Assembly (NCBI RefSeq): GCF_041956535.1
Contig: NW_027192202.1
Location: 459,474 to 523,473, forward strand
Source: Calcarisporiella thermophila CBS 279.70
Lineage: Eukaryota; Fungi; Calcarisporiellomycota
Length of the DNA: 64,000 bases
Direction: 5' to 3'
The notes below the pieces were generated by a model that ran no database searches, was not told the DNA's origin, and saw only the letters and a program-made list of their open reading frames with translations. This document shows positions 10,514-25,210 of this stretch, piece by piece. Each line of letters opens with the position of its first letter. Position 1 is the stretch's first letter. The position numbers were made by a program, and so were the translations under genes.

Positions 10514-13500
10514 ATGCCACCTAAAAGAAGAACGCGAAAAATCCGTGATGATTCTTCAGAAGAAGAAGTCGATGAGCGTGCCAAAATTAAAAAGAGGGAT
10601 ACTTCACCAGAGCCTGCTTTAAATGAATCTCATAAAGAGGAGAATCATCCTGGGGAAACGCAAGACAAGCAAGAGCAGAAAGAAGTACATCATGATGAAT
10701 CGCTTACAAAACCAGCGGATACCCCAACGCAAGATGGCCAATCTACTTCTGAAACTAATGGAAACTTGAATAGAGCATCCTCTAGTATATCTGAACCTCA
10801 AAAAGAAGAAGCTAGGAAACCTCGACTTGTAATCACCAAGATGGTGCTCATTAATTTTAAATCCTACGCCGGAAAACAGGAGATTGGTCCCTTTCATAAG
10901 GTACATAGTGTGAATTAATTTGTGTTTAATAGGCGCTAAATCACGTTTTGTACTTTATGTATTTTTTCTCTAATAGTCTTTCAGCTCAGGTATATTTTAA
11001 ATTATTGCTATGATATATAGATTATTGATTCGATTTCTATCTAATAGTGGTTGGCCCGAATGGTTCCGGAAAATCCAATGTTATTGATGCACTACTTTTT
11101 GTATTCGGATATAGAGCTAGTAAAATGCGACAGGGTAAACTTTCCGAACTTATTCACTCATCTGCTAAACACAAAAATCTTGATATGTGTGGGGTCGAGG
11201 TGCATTTCCAAGAAATATATGATCTTGTAAGTAAATGAGTGATTATTTTTTGAATTTTTTTTCTCAACGAGTGTTGATGCTAATCCTTTTATTCGCTGTT
11301 TGGTAGCCCGGCCCTGATGCATACGAAGTCGTCCCTGATTCTCAATTGATCATATGTCGCCAGGCATACAGAAACAATACCAGCAAATATTTCATTAATA
11401 ATATGAATAGTAATTTCACCACAGTGACGAATCTTCTCCGTGAGCGCGGGATTGATTTGGATCATAAACGATTTCTCATTCTACAGGTAATATACATTCA
11501 TATCATGTTTAATCCTCAGTAAAAGATTATAATACATGTTTACTCTTCATCTTAGGGAGAAGTTGAATCTATATCACAAATGAAACCTAAAGCCCGAGAT
11601 GAGCATGACGAAGGTTTGCTGGAATATCTCGAGGATATTATTGGAACTTCGAAATATAAACAGCCGATTGAAGAAGCGAGCAAGAGTTTGGAAACACTAA
11701 ATGATGAACGTTCTGAGCGCTTGAACAGAGTGATATTCGTGGAAAAGGAGAAGTTGAGTCTTGAGGTATGTTTGGCTCTATTCGACATACATTCAAGGGA
11801 TATACATTAATTTTGTCGTTTATTTTGCCTCACTTTGTAGGCAAAGAAATCTGAAGCTGAAGCATATTTACGCACTGAAAATGAACTCATACGCAAGAAA
11901 TCAATGTTATACCAGCTACATATCTATGAATGCCACAACAATATTGATATTTCAAAGAAGACAGTGGTATTTGAAACTCAATTCTGGAATTGAAAGTTTC
12001 TTTTGCCCATCTGAACTCTTTATTTCATAACTAGGACGAATTAAAGCTGAAACTAGAACAAGAAACAGGAAAACAAAGTCATGTAAAGGACGAACTAAAC
12101 GAGATGGAGGAAAAATACAACAATATTGTTAATGAATATGAGGTAAGCACGATCTCAAGCTGTGGGTTTACATAGCGATATAACTCTATTTTAATTTTTA
12201 GAATCTGGGAAAAGAAACAAACGAGATAATTAAGGAGCTTTCCAAATTTGAACGCTTGGATGTTCAGCTACAAGAAAAGAGGAAGCATTTGAAAGCAAAG
12301 CAAAAGAAGCTGGAGAAATCCCTACAAAGTGTTGGTATTTTTCTATGGCATGCTGAGCTATGACACTGTTTTACCGTTGTTGTTTTCTTAGGATAAACAC
12401 CAACGTTCAGAAAACCAATCCTGGATCAAGAATTACGAGAGTGAACTGGTGAAACAGCGTGGCCGAGTGGTCGAGTTAGAAGCTGCGCTCGAAAAAGAAG
12501 AGAGAGAGCTGGAATTAATCCGAGATAGTTTGAAAGGTATATGTTTGCCGCGGACCTTTCTGTCCATTTATGTGGTTGCTAATGTTAATCCCACAAACAG
12601 AGAAAACCGCAGAGTTTTCTGCTCAGATTGAAGAAAAGCAACGCGAATTAGCTCCATGGAAAGAGAAATTGAATTCGAAACAGTCGCAAATTGATGTCGC
12701 TCAGTCTGAGCTCGATATTCTAAAGGAGAAAGCACTATCAGGTCAGAAGGCGGTAGAGAGTGCTGAGAAAGAAATAGTGGAAATTAGGGACGAGCGGGAA
12801 GCAAAAGTATTATATATCTAAAAACTATCTTGATGTGGCAGGTATATTCATGCAACATTGTTGATCCAATAGGGATTGGAAATAGTTGAAGCGAAAAAGA
12901 ATATTGAGGCAAAACGAAAAGAAATCAAGCATCTTGAAAAAGTGCTAAAGGTAATTTTATTTTGCATCTGAGTTATTAGAAGCTCGAATTGATCTTTTGG
13001 TTCTATCTCCTAGCAAATGCAACAGCAAGACGCTGAACTACGCACTACAGTTTACACTGCTCGTCAAAAAGCAGAGGATGCTAAAGCATCGCTGCAAAAT
13101 TCCCGATCGCGAGGGGCGGTTTTGCAAAACCTATTGCGTCTGCGAGATTCCGGTAGAATCAAGGGAATATATGTACGTATAACGAGAACTATTGGATCGT
13201 TAGCAAGTCCTCCATCACATCTTTAACATAATTTTTTATTCTCAGGGCCGATTAGGCGAGCTGGGTGTTATTGACGACAAGTACGATGTTGCTATTTCCA
13301 CTGCGTGCCCTGCTTTGGACAACATAGTAGTCGAGTCGGTAGAGGCTGGTCAAGCCTGCATCGAGTATTTACGCAAGAACAATCTTGGTCGGGCCGTATT
13401 TATCCTTTTAAATCAATTACCTAAACAAGATCTTTCGAAGATTCCTACACCAGACAATGTTCCGCGTCTGTTCGACCTAGTTACTCCCAAGGAACCTAAG

Positions 13501-15609
13501 TTTGCTCCTGCGTTCTATAGTGTGCTAAAAAATACTCTCGTTGCACGGGACCTTAAGCATGCGAATCAAATTGCTTTCGGCAATAAGCAGCGCTGGCGCG
13601 TGGTCACTCTTGACGGCCAACTAATTGACAAATCTGGAACTATGTCAGGCGGTGGCACCCGAGTGATGCGTGGCTCCATGAGTTCCAAATTTGTCGAAAC
13701 AGAAGCCACAGAAGAAGTCATTTCTCAGTTGGAAAAGGAGCGAGAGGCTCGTGAGAATGAGTGGACCACTTTTCAGCGAAATCAGCGACAGTACGAGTCG
13801 CAGTTGGAGGCGCTAGCGTCGGAAATACCGCAATTAGAGACCAATCTGTCCAAACTGGAGATGGACTTTAAGGCATGTGAAGAGAAATTGGAGGATGCGC
13901 ATAAAAGGGCTAAGGATCTGAAGTAAATACATGCTAAATGACTTTTCTTTGCCCATTGAGTGCCTAATCGCTGTATTTTATTCTGCACTACATAGACAGC
14001 AGAACAAGCCAGACGAAGGAGATAAGATGAGGGTGAAGCATCTTGAAAGAGAGATCGAGAAACTCAAACAGGAGCTTGCAAAGCTTCGAGTTACTCCTCT
14101 CCAGATTGAAGAGCAGATCCGTCAGCTTCAGGACAAAATCCTCCAAATTGGTGGGGTTCGTTTGCGCAGTCAACAGGCCACCGTTGATGCTGTTCGTGAA
14201 CAAATAGAGACAGTGAGTGGGAATATCACAAAGACTCAAGTAGCCAAAAGCAAAGCAGAAAAGGATCTTGCCAAAGCCGAAGCAAATGTGCTGAAGGTCG
14301 AAAAAGAGTTGGAAGAAATGGAGGTTCAGGCAACAGAGCTCGACAAAGATATCGAGGAGAAGTCTAAGGCGGCAAACCGTGTACGAGAGCAGGTAGAGCA
14401 ATCTAAAGAGGCAAGTCTTATTTTGGTTGAGATTTTCAAGTCATATATCCGACGCCTGATCACATTTGACTATGTTCAATAGCTCATGGAGGAGAAAAAA
14501 GAGGTGCTTGAAGAGCTTAAAAAAGAACTTGACGAGCGCACTGAAATTATTAACCAAATCCGCACAGCTGAAGTGGAGATCAAGAATGAGTTGGAAGACC
14601 ATGAGCGCAATCTCGCCGAAAACCAGCGAAAAGCAGCACACTGGAAAGAGCTGTGGTCGAAGCTTTCATTACAGTCCATTGGGTAAATTGTATAATGATA
14701 GAGCCTTAAAGATGAATCGTGGCTAACCTAAATCTTCAGCGACACTGATTCTACAGAGCTTGAGCTGCACGAATTCACACCGGATGAATTGAGGGATATG
14801 GAAGGAAATAAGCAAGCCCTTAAAGGAGAAATTGCAATGTTAGAAGGTGAGTGATCCCCAGCAATCATACTAGTCTTAATATTCTCTAATGCTTCAACCC
14901 GGTCAATTTCAGCCAAAATCCAAAATGCAAAACCCAATCTCTCCGTTCTCGAGGAATATCGCCGCCGCGAAGAGGAGTATCAACAGCGCGCACAGGATCT
15001 CGAGGCGATCACAATGCAACGTGACTCTGCCAAGCGGATCTATGACGAGTATCGCAAACGGCGTTTGGATGAGTTCATGCAGGGCTTCACGATTATTTCA
15101 CAAAAGCTCAAGGAAATGTACCAGCTCATCACTCTTGGAGGCAATGCAGAGCTTGAGCTAGTCGACAGTTTGGACCCGTTCTCCGAGGGAATTATATTCA
15201 GTGTGATGCCACCAAAAAAGAGCTGGAAGCAGATCTCAAACCTCTCGGGAGGCGAAAAGGTAGGAGCTTGAAAGCCCTTTTTGTTCGTGAGGATGACTTC
15301 AGTCTAACTTGTGGTATTCCTTTGTAGACGCTGAGTTCGCTTGCATTGGTGTTTGCACTACACCACTTCAAGCCCACCCCATTGTATGTCATGGACGAGA
15401 TCGATGCCGCGTTGGATTTTCGCAATGTGTCGATTGTTGCTAATTACATAAAGGAGCGAACCCGTAACGCGCAATTCATTATTATCAGCTTGAGGAACAA
15501 CATGTTTGAGTTGGCGGACCGTCTCGTTGGAATCTACAAGACGGATGGGTGTACCAAATCGGTGGCGATTAACCCTTCACGAATTACCATCCCAACTGTG
15601 GAGTCATGA
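10514..15609 (+). CDS. SMC4: Condensin subunit SMC4 (Cut3), multi-exon
   Basis: NFKSYAG..IGPFHK, Walker [13 protein letters not shown], hinge region [20 protein letters not shown], signature LSGGEKTLSSLAL and Walker [12 protein letters not shown]. Confidence 0.97.
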
Positions 15610-16225
15610 TATTTGTTTGTCTGTATTTAGATTTACTTATAGAAAAGGAGGAGAAGAGAGGACGATCCTGGGCTCTCTCCCATGTAGTCCTTCTTTCTTT
15701 TTTTCTGAATATTTGTACCCGCTTTAGGTAAAATATTATATAGTCTCCTGTAGTTTTATATCGATGGTTTCTGTTTTGCCCTATTAAATTCGCTTTCTAT
15801 GTCCAAGCGTCTAATAGGCACTATGACTGATGCAATGATCAGCATTAATATAGAAAAGGACATTAACCCTTTATTGATATGATTACAGAACAACTTCAAA
15901 GAAAAATCATTTTTTACCATTTCAAAGAGACAATGAAGGGGAAAAAGCTTATAAATGTGCCTTAAAAAGAAAAGAGAAAAGAAATTTTTTTTCAATATTT
16001 CATATATATAATATAAATCCATTAACAAGAAAAATAGTATAAAAACCAAAACGAGGTTATAATAAAAATTAGAAAACGAATCTTTTCAAACCGACAAAAA
16101 AAAAAGAATAAAATAAACTGATTTTTCCCTCAACACTACTGCAGCCTCACCATCTTATTCTTCTTTTCCCCCTTCCTATCTCTCTTCTCCTACTTCTCGC
16201 CGACCCACGCTGGATTTCAATATCG

Positions 16226-18014
16226 TTACTGATCGGCAGTCGACCCCGCAGCCCCTAGTCTCGAAGCCGCCAATGAAATTGATGACGACCTCGAAAGGGT
16301 AATATTAGTCGTCGGCGCTACCCCTGCATTCGACGCATCCGCAGTGGAATGTCCCTCTCTTCCTCCCTCCACCTCTTCCTCTTCCATGAAGAATTGCACA
16401 TCATCCTCAGGCGGTAGTGATGAAGGATCGGGGACCCGTCCTTGCATCATTCGTGGATGATATGAATCTCCACCATTGAGTGCAGAGGCCATTCCCCCTC
16501 CTGCACCTGCGCTTTCAGTCGAAGCGCTATACGATGAGCGCCACGATTGGCCTCCAGGTGGTGGTATAGCAATTGCACCAGCAGTCGATGGTGATGCATA
16601 ACCTCTAGTAGTTAAATATCGATCCTCCATCTCCAGCGGACCCAAACTCTTTGCAATTTGGCCGAAATTATAGAAAGCATCTGTAGCATCTTGTGGCTCA
16701 GGGGGTATAACTTGCCGCGGCAACCGGCTAGGCGTAGGGTGTCGCGGGAATCCTTGCGCAATACCTAGACTCACTCCGTTCGGTAGTGATCGCCCAGTCA
16801 TCGCAGGGTGAATATGTGAGGGATCGGTGCGTGCATCGTAAAGTCCATTGAAAGTTGAATCTTGCGGGGGCGTCATTCGTACACTACCACCACTGATCGA
16901 TAACTGTCGTTCTCTCAGGCGGCGGCGCTCAAGCTCCGTCGGCGTCAACAGGTCATTGAGCGAAGAAGGGATTAGCTCCTCCTCACCATCGAAAACTCCT
17001 CCACTATCTTCATCGAGGTCCCCTCCAAATGCAAATTCACCCGGAACCCCGCGATCCTCGGGAATGCTTTGCAAACGGAAACTGTGTGGAGTTGAGCCCA
17101 TGGAAGCCACATCACTGTCGTGCTGTGACATCAACCAAGGATTACGTGTATGGAATGAGTTTGAGGGGGGATTGAGGTCAGATGCATGGGGCGAAAATCG
17201 GAAAATATCAGGGAGGGAGCGTTGTCGAACAGCCGGGGGCGCCTTTAGATGATTCAGCGTCGGGGAGGCATTTGCCCAACCACCGAGTGATGAAGATATC
17301 GGTAGACGGCGCTCCTCATTTCCACCACCTCCTCCACCACCAGAGGATATTCCAGCGTATTGCTTAAATGAATTGGTAAGACTGCTGACCGGTGAGAAGT
17401 CGCCCTGCTGCTTCGATATTGCAGAGGGGATCATTCGGGCGAAGGACGATGGGCCTTGTGGGGATCCAGAATCTGTCATCAGACGTTGCCTAGGAACCGA
17501 GGTTGGAGACGATCTGTTTTCTAATCCCTGTTGCTGTTGTTGCTGTTGTTGCAGACGGGCCACTGTCAAGGGCGGGAAGTCGGATTGAGAGCGATTGCGT
17601 CCTCCCATGAGTTTGGCATTAGGAAGAGTGGTGTGTGGGAGGGCACACTTGTTCCCGAAGCGACAGTTTCCCTTCAAGAAATATTTACATACATAGTTGT
17701 CATTAAGCGGATCCTTACTATGAGAAAAGACACAGTTTTTTCCAGCTGTGCAAGCGCCATTCTTGAAGAATTTGCAAGGAATGTGGGCAAGATTGCTGTC
17801 TGAAATAAGAACAAGACGAAGGATAAACAATTAGAATATGACACGAGAAGAGCGAATAATAATTTATCAAGATAAAAAAATGAGCATGTAGATTAGTAAA
17901 CGTACTTTTGTTCTGGGCACTTGCTGGTTTTGAAGGCGGGCTTTCTCCACCTGTTGAGTTACTGTGTTTGTGAGTACGCCGCTGTTGATTAGGAACGGCG
18001 GTGGGTTGGGTCAT
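16226..18014 (-). CDS. Tandem CCCH zinc-finger RNA-binding protein (Lee1/Cps3-like)
   Basis: HIPCKFFKNGACTAGKNCVFSH and CKYFLKGNCRFGNKCALPH, plus an EELIPSSLNDLLTPTE motif. A short first exon starts at ATG 18014, with an intron at ~17800-17905. Confidence 0.85.
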
Positions 18015-18678
18015 GACGGGTGAATGAAATATTTCTTGGGGACAGATCCGACGGAAAAGAAAAAGGAGGCTAAAGAGTTTTAGTCAATCACGCGACGTCC
18101 TGTGTTTATGAGAAATCTAAAATAATCATAAATAGGCAAAGTATAAAAAAAAAAAATAAGAGTTATTTCATGTTGAATGATACTTTCGAAAGTAAATAAG
18201 AAAAAAGATAGAAGAAAATCAAACAGTAAACTTGATAGAAGAGGAAGATTAAAGGAAGCTCTATCCCCAGTCTATCATCTCATTCGGAGAAGTTAATCCA
18301 GCAACTTACTTAACGAAAACTTTCGGTGGCGTGAAAGCAATCCAGTTGGGTAATTTGCGAGTAAAATACAAGGGGAGTACTCGGACTGAAGAGTGGAAAG
18401 CGGTGCCTTCTATGTATTCTCACACTCGAATAGCCACTTCACATACACATACAGAAAGCACAGGAGAGCAGAACAGAAAGAGAGTGAAAAAGTCAACCTT
18501 GCTGAAAAATGATGTGACGTGATTATCTAACCTAACCTAATTTGTATGCCATGTTGAGCTTTGAAACTTGGATGCTTTTTCAAATCACACACTGTCATCA
18601 TTATTGCCTCTGCCACCCTGTCTCCCAGTCACTCCACATTTATTAGAATGGAACTTTGCTGCTACTTTTTTTTTCTAT

Positions 18679-19827
18679 TTAGTCTGAGAAATTTTTTGAG
18701 TTTTAATTGCTCCATTTTCTGATTTCAGCAGACACCCAATGCACAGAATCTGGATGAGCTCATCAGATGCCCTAAACAATCAATCAAATCTGATTTCTTT
18801 CTGTCCATCCCATTCTAGTAACAGCAAAGGTGATGTTTGCAGATTGCCGTACATCTTGAAATATTCGCGCTGATAATTGTGTGCGCGTCACATTAACTCT
18901 ATAGCAGAGGGATGCTCCATTAAAAGCAAGGAGCTTAGTACGCTCGCAATTCAATCTTGACCAAGAGCACGTTGCTTCAATCGTTAATGAAAAATTGGAT
19001 TTAATTTGCCCAAGTTCCCTCTACCTAATCCAGTTACAATTAAACAGGACCTAGACTGGTCACACATGAACCCTTCCTATAGGATCGCGTCCATTGGTAA
19101 AGACTCCCATGATTTTCTATCAATAGCTCTGGTATCAAGGCATTTTCACACACCAAATATTTGGAAACCATGACCTTTGTTTCCATCCATCAAACTTGAA
19201 TCAAAAATGCTAATTCCAATAGAGCAGTCGTAATGCTCCATTGTGTCACCATTTCTGTAATTGCATTAGAGATTTGCACTTGAAAATTTAGCGAGCTCTA
19301 ATTCCCAACTTCCATTTTTAATTACCAGTTTGACATTACACAACCCATCGGATTGCTCAACTCCATGGATTGTGGAGGTAGTGATAGTTGGTGAAGGAAG
19401 AATAACAAATATATTACCAAATAGAATCACACTAGGGTGTGTCAAAAATCTACTTCATCAAGCTCAATATTTGAAATTCAAGGTTCGTTATAACCACAAT
19501 GAAAAAGTTAAATTTACCTGCTATTAGTTTATATGCTCTACCCCACTGCTCTATTAAATCTACTTTTACGTACCAAATCCCATCGGCTGAAAGGAAACAG
19601 AATTCACTTATAACAGATTTAACTCTTTCCGAGCTGGGCTCTACCTCAAAACTTATCATATTAATCGCTAAATAAGATGTAAACAAGAGCATTCGCTTTT
19701 CAACAGAATAGTTGGCCAATATCTTTCCACTCGCTGTTGTGTCGAGTAGGCTTTTATTTGATAAAATCAAAACACGTTTATATCGTTTTCTACTATAATA
19801 TTTTAACAAATACTCTCTCAATAACAA
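18679..19827 (-). pseudogene. Unresolved coding-like region (decayed gene or unannotated spliced orphan)
   Basis: A 125-codon ORF in AT-rich DNA, followed by stop-poor frames and plausible GTAAAT/GTAATT donors and a CTAAT..CAG acceptor. No recognisable family. Confidence 0.25.
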
Positions 19828-20148
19828 ATAAAAATTACTAGAAGTTATTACTAAGTATTACTAAAAGTTACTAACTATCACATATGAACCCGTGTATTAT
19901 TTTGTATCTAGCTGTGCATATTTTTGGTTTATTTCCAAATACAAGCATACCCTATTTATCAGTGGAAAAAGACAATAAATATTATTGCACTATTTAAATG
20001 TGAGATTTTAAGTTAAAATATGAAAATATTGCACCGAAAATTGAGAAAATGGAGAAATTCATAAGAGATAGGAGAAAGACAATAAGCAGAAATAAGCGAA
20101 GTAAAAAGAAAAAGTAAGGGGTAAATAGAGGATATAGAGTGTGTCCCT

Positions 20149-21611
<1,463 letters not shown>

Positions 21612-22537
21612 TTTGGTGGGAAAGTAGGATGAATTGGTATTTGTTTGTTTGATTTGTGCGAAAAAAAAAATACGATGCTAAGCAGTCCAATTTAAAACGA
21701 TCGAAACTAAGAGTCAACGTCCAGTCAGAACAGCACAAACAAAAAATTACAAATACTTCATTATTAATCGTGGGAGAATGGAGGGGTTCTAAATTCCTCA
21801 TCTCCCCAACGATGGCGTCAGAATTTTTTCTTAGAACCTTCTTTGGTATTGACATAAATAATTTTTCCTTACTACTGCCACCTATTGGTGAGCATTCACC
21901 GGAGTGGTTCAGTCAACGGTTTTATCCATGGATTGTTGGAATGCAGCTTAGGCCTCGTGTTGGGAGATCTTGCTGCCTTGGTTTTGCTCTCTTGGTTTTG
22001 CTCCCTTGGTTGCTCCCATCAGCAACGTTAGTTTAGGTTTAGGTTAGAGTAGGTTAGAGCTGTCGATGACGCGATAATGCTTTGCATCTGCTTGCCCTCT
22101 TATGTTCATGCTTACTAGGTGGATCACTTAATAGGTTCACAAGCTCACTTAATCGGCCGCCTCACTGCTAAGCTTATTCATCGGTGCATATTTATTCCAG
22201 CCCCGTCCCCCTATCGGTACACGTTGCTTGACAGAAAAGCAATGCCATAAAAACACATGGTGTGCATACCCTTAAATAGAAGCGAAGCCTGATTAATACC
22301 TCTGACTCTACATAATGACGAAATCAAGGGCAATTTGACATGTCAAATTAACCCTTAAGCTCTTGACGACCATACGTCACCAAACCTCAAACTCTTGAAG
22401 CGCCAAATTTCTTTTAAGAGAAGTGGGTGGCAAACGGACATAGGGAATAAAAGGTGTTGATCGCGTTTATTTAACTGCTATGAGATTCTCTTTAGAGATT
22501 GAAGCGAACATAGCTTATTTTAAATAAATAATTCACC

Positions 22538-23230
22538 ATGAGTAATACGACAAATTCCAGTGCCCATTCACATATGCACAAAACCTCCTTGCCTTCAGGA
22601 GCTCCAGTAGGCTCGCAGACTGATTCTACATGCTTTGACGTTGATTTTGCTATCAATGCCCCTTCATCTGTGCGAAGAAAGGATCAGGCCCATGGCGCTA
22701 CTGAGACTTCTGAGCAATCTACTCCCGGACAGGCTACCTCTTCACAAAACACTCCTAGTTCACTTCCTGAACCTAATGCTAGCCAGAATACCGACGCAAA
22801 AAACCAGAATATAGAGCAGAGACATCAATCCATAGACAACGATCAGAACCCGATCGCTCCTAAAGGGAAACCAACTCCCGAGTCTGAAAATCCACTCACC
22901 ACATCGACCGGAGATAAGTCTGAAATGGAACAACTCAATGATCCTGAACAGCTTAAGCACGTTCCATCCGAAATAGCTAGAGATCCCCATGCATTTGCCC
23001 TTGAGATGGAGAAGCATGCAATTGAGGCCGCCAAGTTGGCTGGCTTGCTCTCCCAGGATGTATCCAGCCCTAGCGATCTACATAAATCTCAAGCAACTCA
23101 AGAAGAACTCGAAAAGGCCATGCGCGCACCAGATTTATTCGAGGAGAAGGAGAACGAAGAGAAGGATGAGGTGGACAAGCTGATGGAAGCACAGGGCACG
23201 AAACCTACCGCTGCTAATAAGGAGCCTTGA
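22538..23230 (+). CDS. Hypothetical hydrophilic, largely disordered protein (230 aa, intronless)
   Basis: Clean ORF with CACCATG start context and S/T/E/Q/N-rich composition. No family recognised. Confidence 0.7.
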   Translation: MSNTTNSSAHSHMHKTSLPSGAPVGSQTDSTCFDVDFAINAPSSVRRKDQAHGATETSEQSTPGQATSSQNTPSSLPEPNASQNTDAKNQNIEQRHQSIDNDQNPIAPKGKPTPESENPLTTSTGDKSEMEQLNDPEQLKHVPSEIARDPHAFALEMEKHAIEAAKLAGLLSQDVSSPSDLHKSQATQEELEKAMRAPDLFEEKENEEKDEVDKLMEAQGTKPTAANKEP

Positions 23231-23429
23231 GCTTAGTGTTTTTCAAAAGCATTTTTGTATATAAGACAGTAAATTATTTTGTATAACCCCCATTGTCTAA
23301 GTTATATAAAGGCGCCGTGTTCTAACATCCAACATGTTCGAAAAGAAAAACTAACATTTCACAAGAAAATTTCAGATTGAAAGCAATGAAAATATGTAAA
23401 AGAGAGGAGAAGGTGTATTGAGTCGATTG

Positions 23430-24849
23430 TTATAGGGGCTTCTTATCTTTGATGGTGTAGGAGCCATACTAAACATGAAATATGAAGTGACGTTAGGAAA
23501 GAAACTCAATCAGCATTAAATAGAATGAACTCACGTCTTTCTTAGGATCATAGACTTCCCATCGGCTCGCGGGGAAAATATGCTTGTTTTTCTCATACCA
23601 TGCTCGCTCAACGACTTTGCCTGCATGTGACTGTTTAGATAGGGGGGGAAAATGAGCTATAGACATTGACTCAAATGATTGAAGATGTATAAGCAACGCA
23701 CCTCATCTTTCTCAACCGTGGCATCGTGGGTCAATCTAATGTCCTCATGCACATCGAAGTTGAAGAGAGGACCCGATTTGCCGCGTGCTTTGTTGATAAT
23801 AAAATCATAGAAAGTGTAATGCTATCGGAGGCAATAATAAAAGTGAGCTGTTAAATCGACTGAAAACCAAAAATAATATAGCCAAAACGATAATATATTT
23901 ACGTGTGGAATTATCAAATCTTCCTTCACATATAGAAGGTTATCAACATGCACGCCTCGAAGCTCACTAAATTGTTGCCGACACCTCTCCAGAAAGTGTG
24001 CAATTGTATCGCCTTTGACACACTATTTGCAAATGATTACCGGTATTTAGCAGAATGAATCATTAGAAAGTGCACTTAAGATAACTCACCTCGACTTGTT
24101 TTCGATGTCCTGATCCATCCCAGTAGCTATAAGTGATGACTATTTTTTCCTCTAATGCAAAAAATACTATTAGTAAACTGATTGGTGTACCAACTAGTTG
24201 TACCAAAAGGAATATCTCACTCTTCATCTCTTCTTGCTTTTGTATCCATTCCTGTCTCAACTTCTCTCGTTCCATCCGTTCTATTTCATCACGCTCATGA
24301 TCAGGAAGAAAGCTAGTGTCAACAGACGGGTCTTTGCCAAATTTTGATCTCTTTTTTGCTGGTTCCGGTGAATCGCCGTCTATCTCTTCATTATTTGCAA
24401 TTGACTCCTCTTCTTGCCCTTCCCCATCCATGTCGAAGGATAAAGTGGCTTTCTCACGCTTCTTTTTTTTCTTTTTTGCGATTTTATCCTCCCTGTATTA
24501 ATTGAATTGTTAGAACACTCTATGGGAAGGCGGAGAAAAAATTGCCAACAAATCGCAGAAGGACTCACTTTCTTAAAAGGGTTTTTGCTGCTTCACGTCT
24601 CCTTGCCTCCTCAATATCTCCTCGGATCTTTCGGAAATCCTCGAGATCAACAAGACCATAAGTGGATTGTTTAAGTTCATCCTCAAAGTCATTGGTTTGC
24701 GAGATGAACTTCTCCGATCCAATTTGAACTTGGTTATCTTTTGCGATTTTCTGTCGTTGCCGCTCGAATTCCTCCAACATTTTTTCGCGTGCCTTCTCAA
24801 GCGCCTGCTGGCGTGCACCCTCTTTGTTACCGCCTTTATATTCTGCCAT
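23430..24849 (-). CDS. XAP5: XAP5/FAM50 family nuclear protein, multi-exon
   Basis: [81 protein letters not shown]. Last exon [12 protein letters not shown]. Confidence 0.93.
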
Positions 24850-25210
24850 TATTGAAGCAAATGATGGTTCAAATTTGAAAGCGGAAGTATAAAAATGAGC
24901 TTTGTGACTTGGAGCTGAATTAAAGGAAATAGTCACTTGCTGCGCCGCTATTACACCGTAAACACTTACCCTTAAGCGAGGTTGGGAGACTTTTAAGACC
25001 GTTAGCGCGATTGCCTCTCTTCCATCCACATTACATTTCACTGTTTTTATTCTTTTTTCCGACTGATTCTACCTTGACTCGGCCTATTGAGGTATTGAAT
25101 CACAATCCTCTGCTAATTCACCATTAATGTTGCATTCAATAATAGCTTTGTTCCTACTTTGGCTAACATAATCCATTTATTTTCTCTACCATAGATCTGC
25201 GTATGAAGGC

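Noticed and set aside
22031-22058. TTAGG-like units (also CTAAC x3 near 18527) as interstitial telomere
   Set aside because: Only 3-4 imperfect units, compatible with chance.
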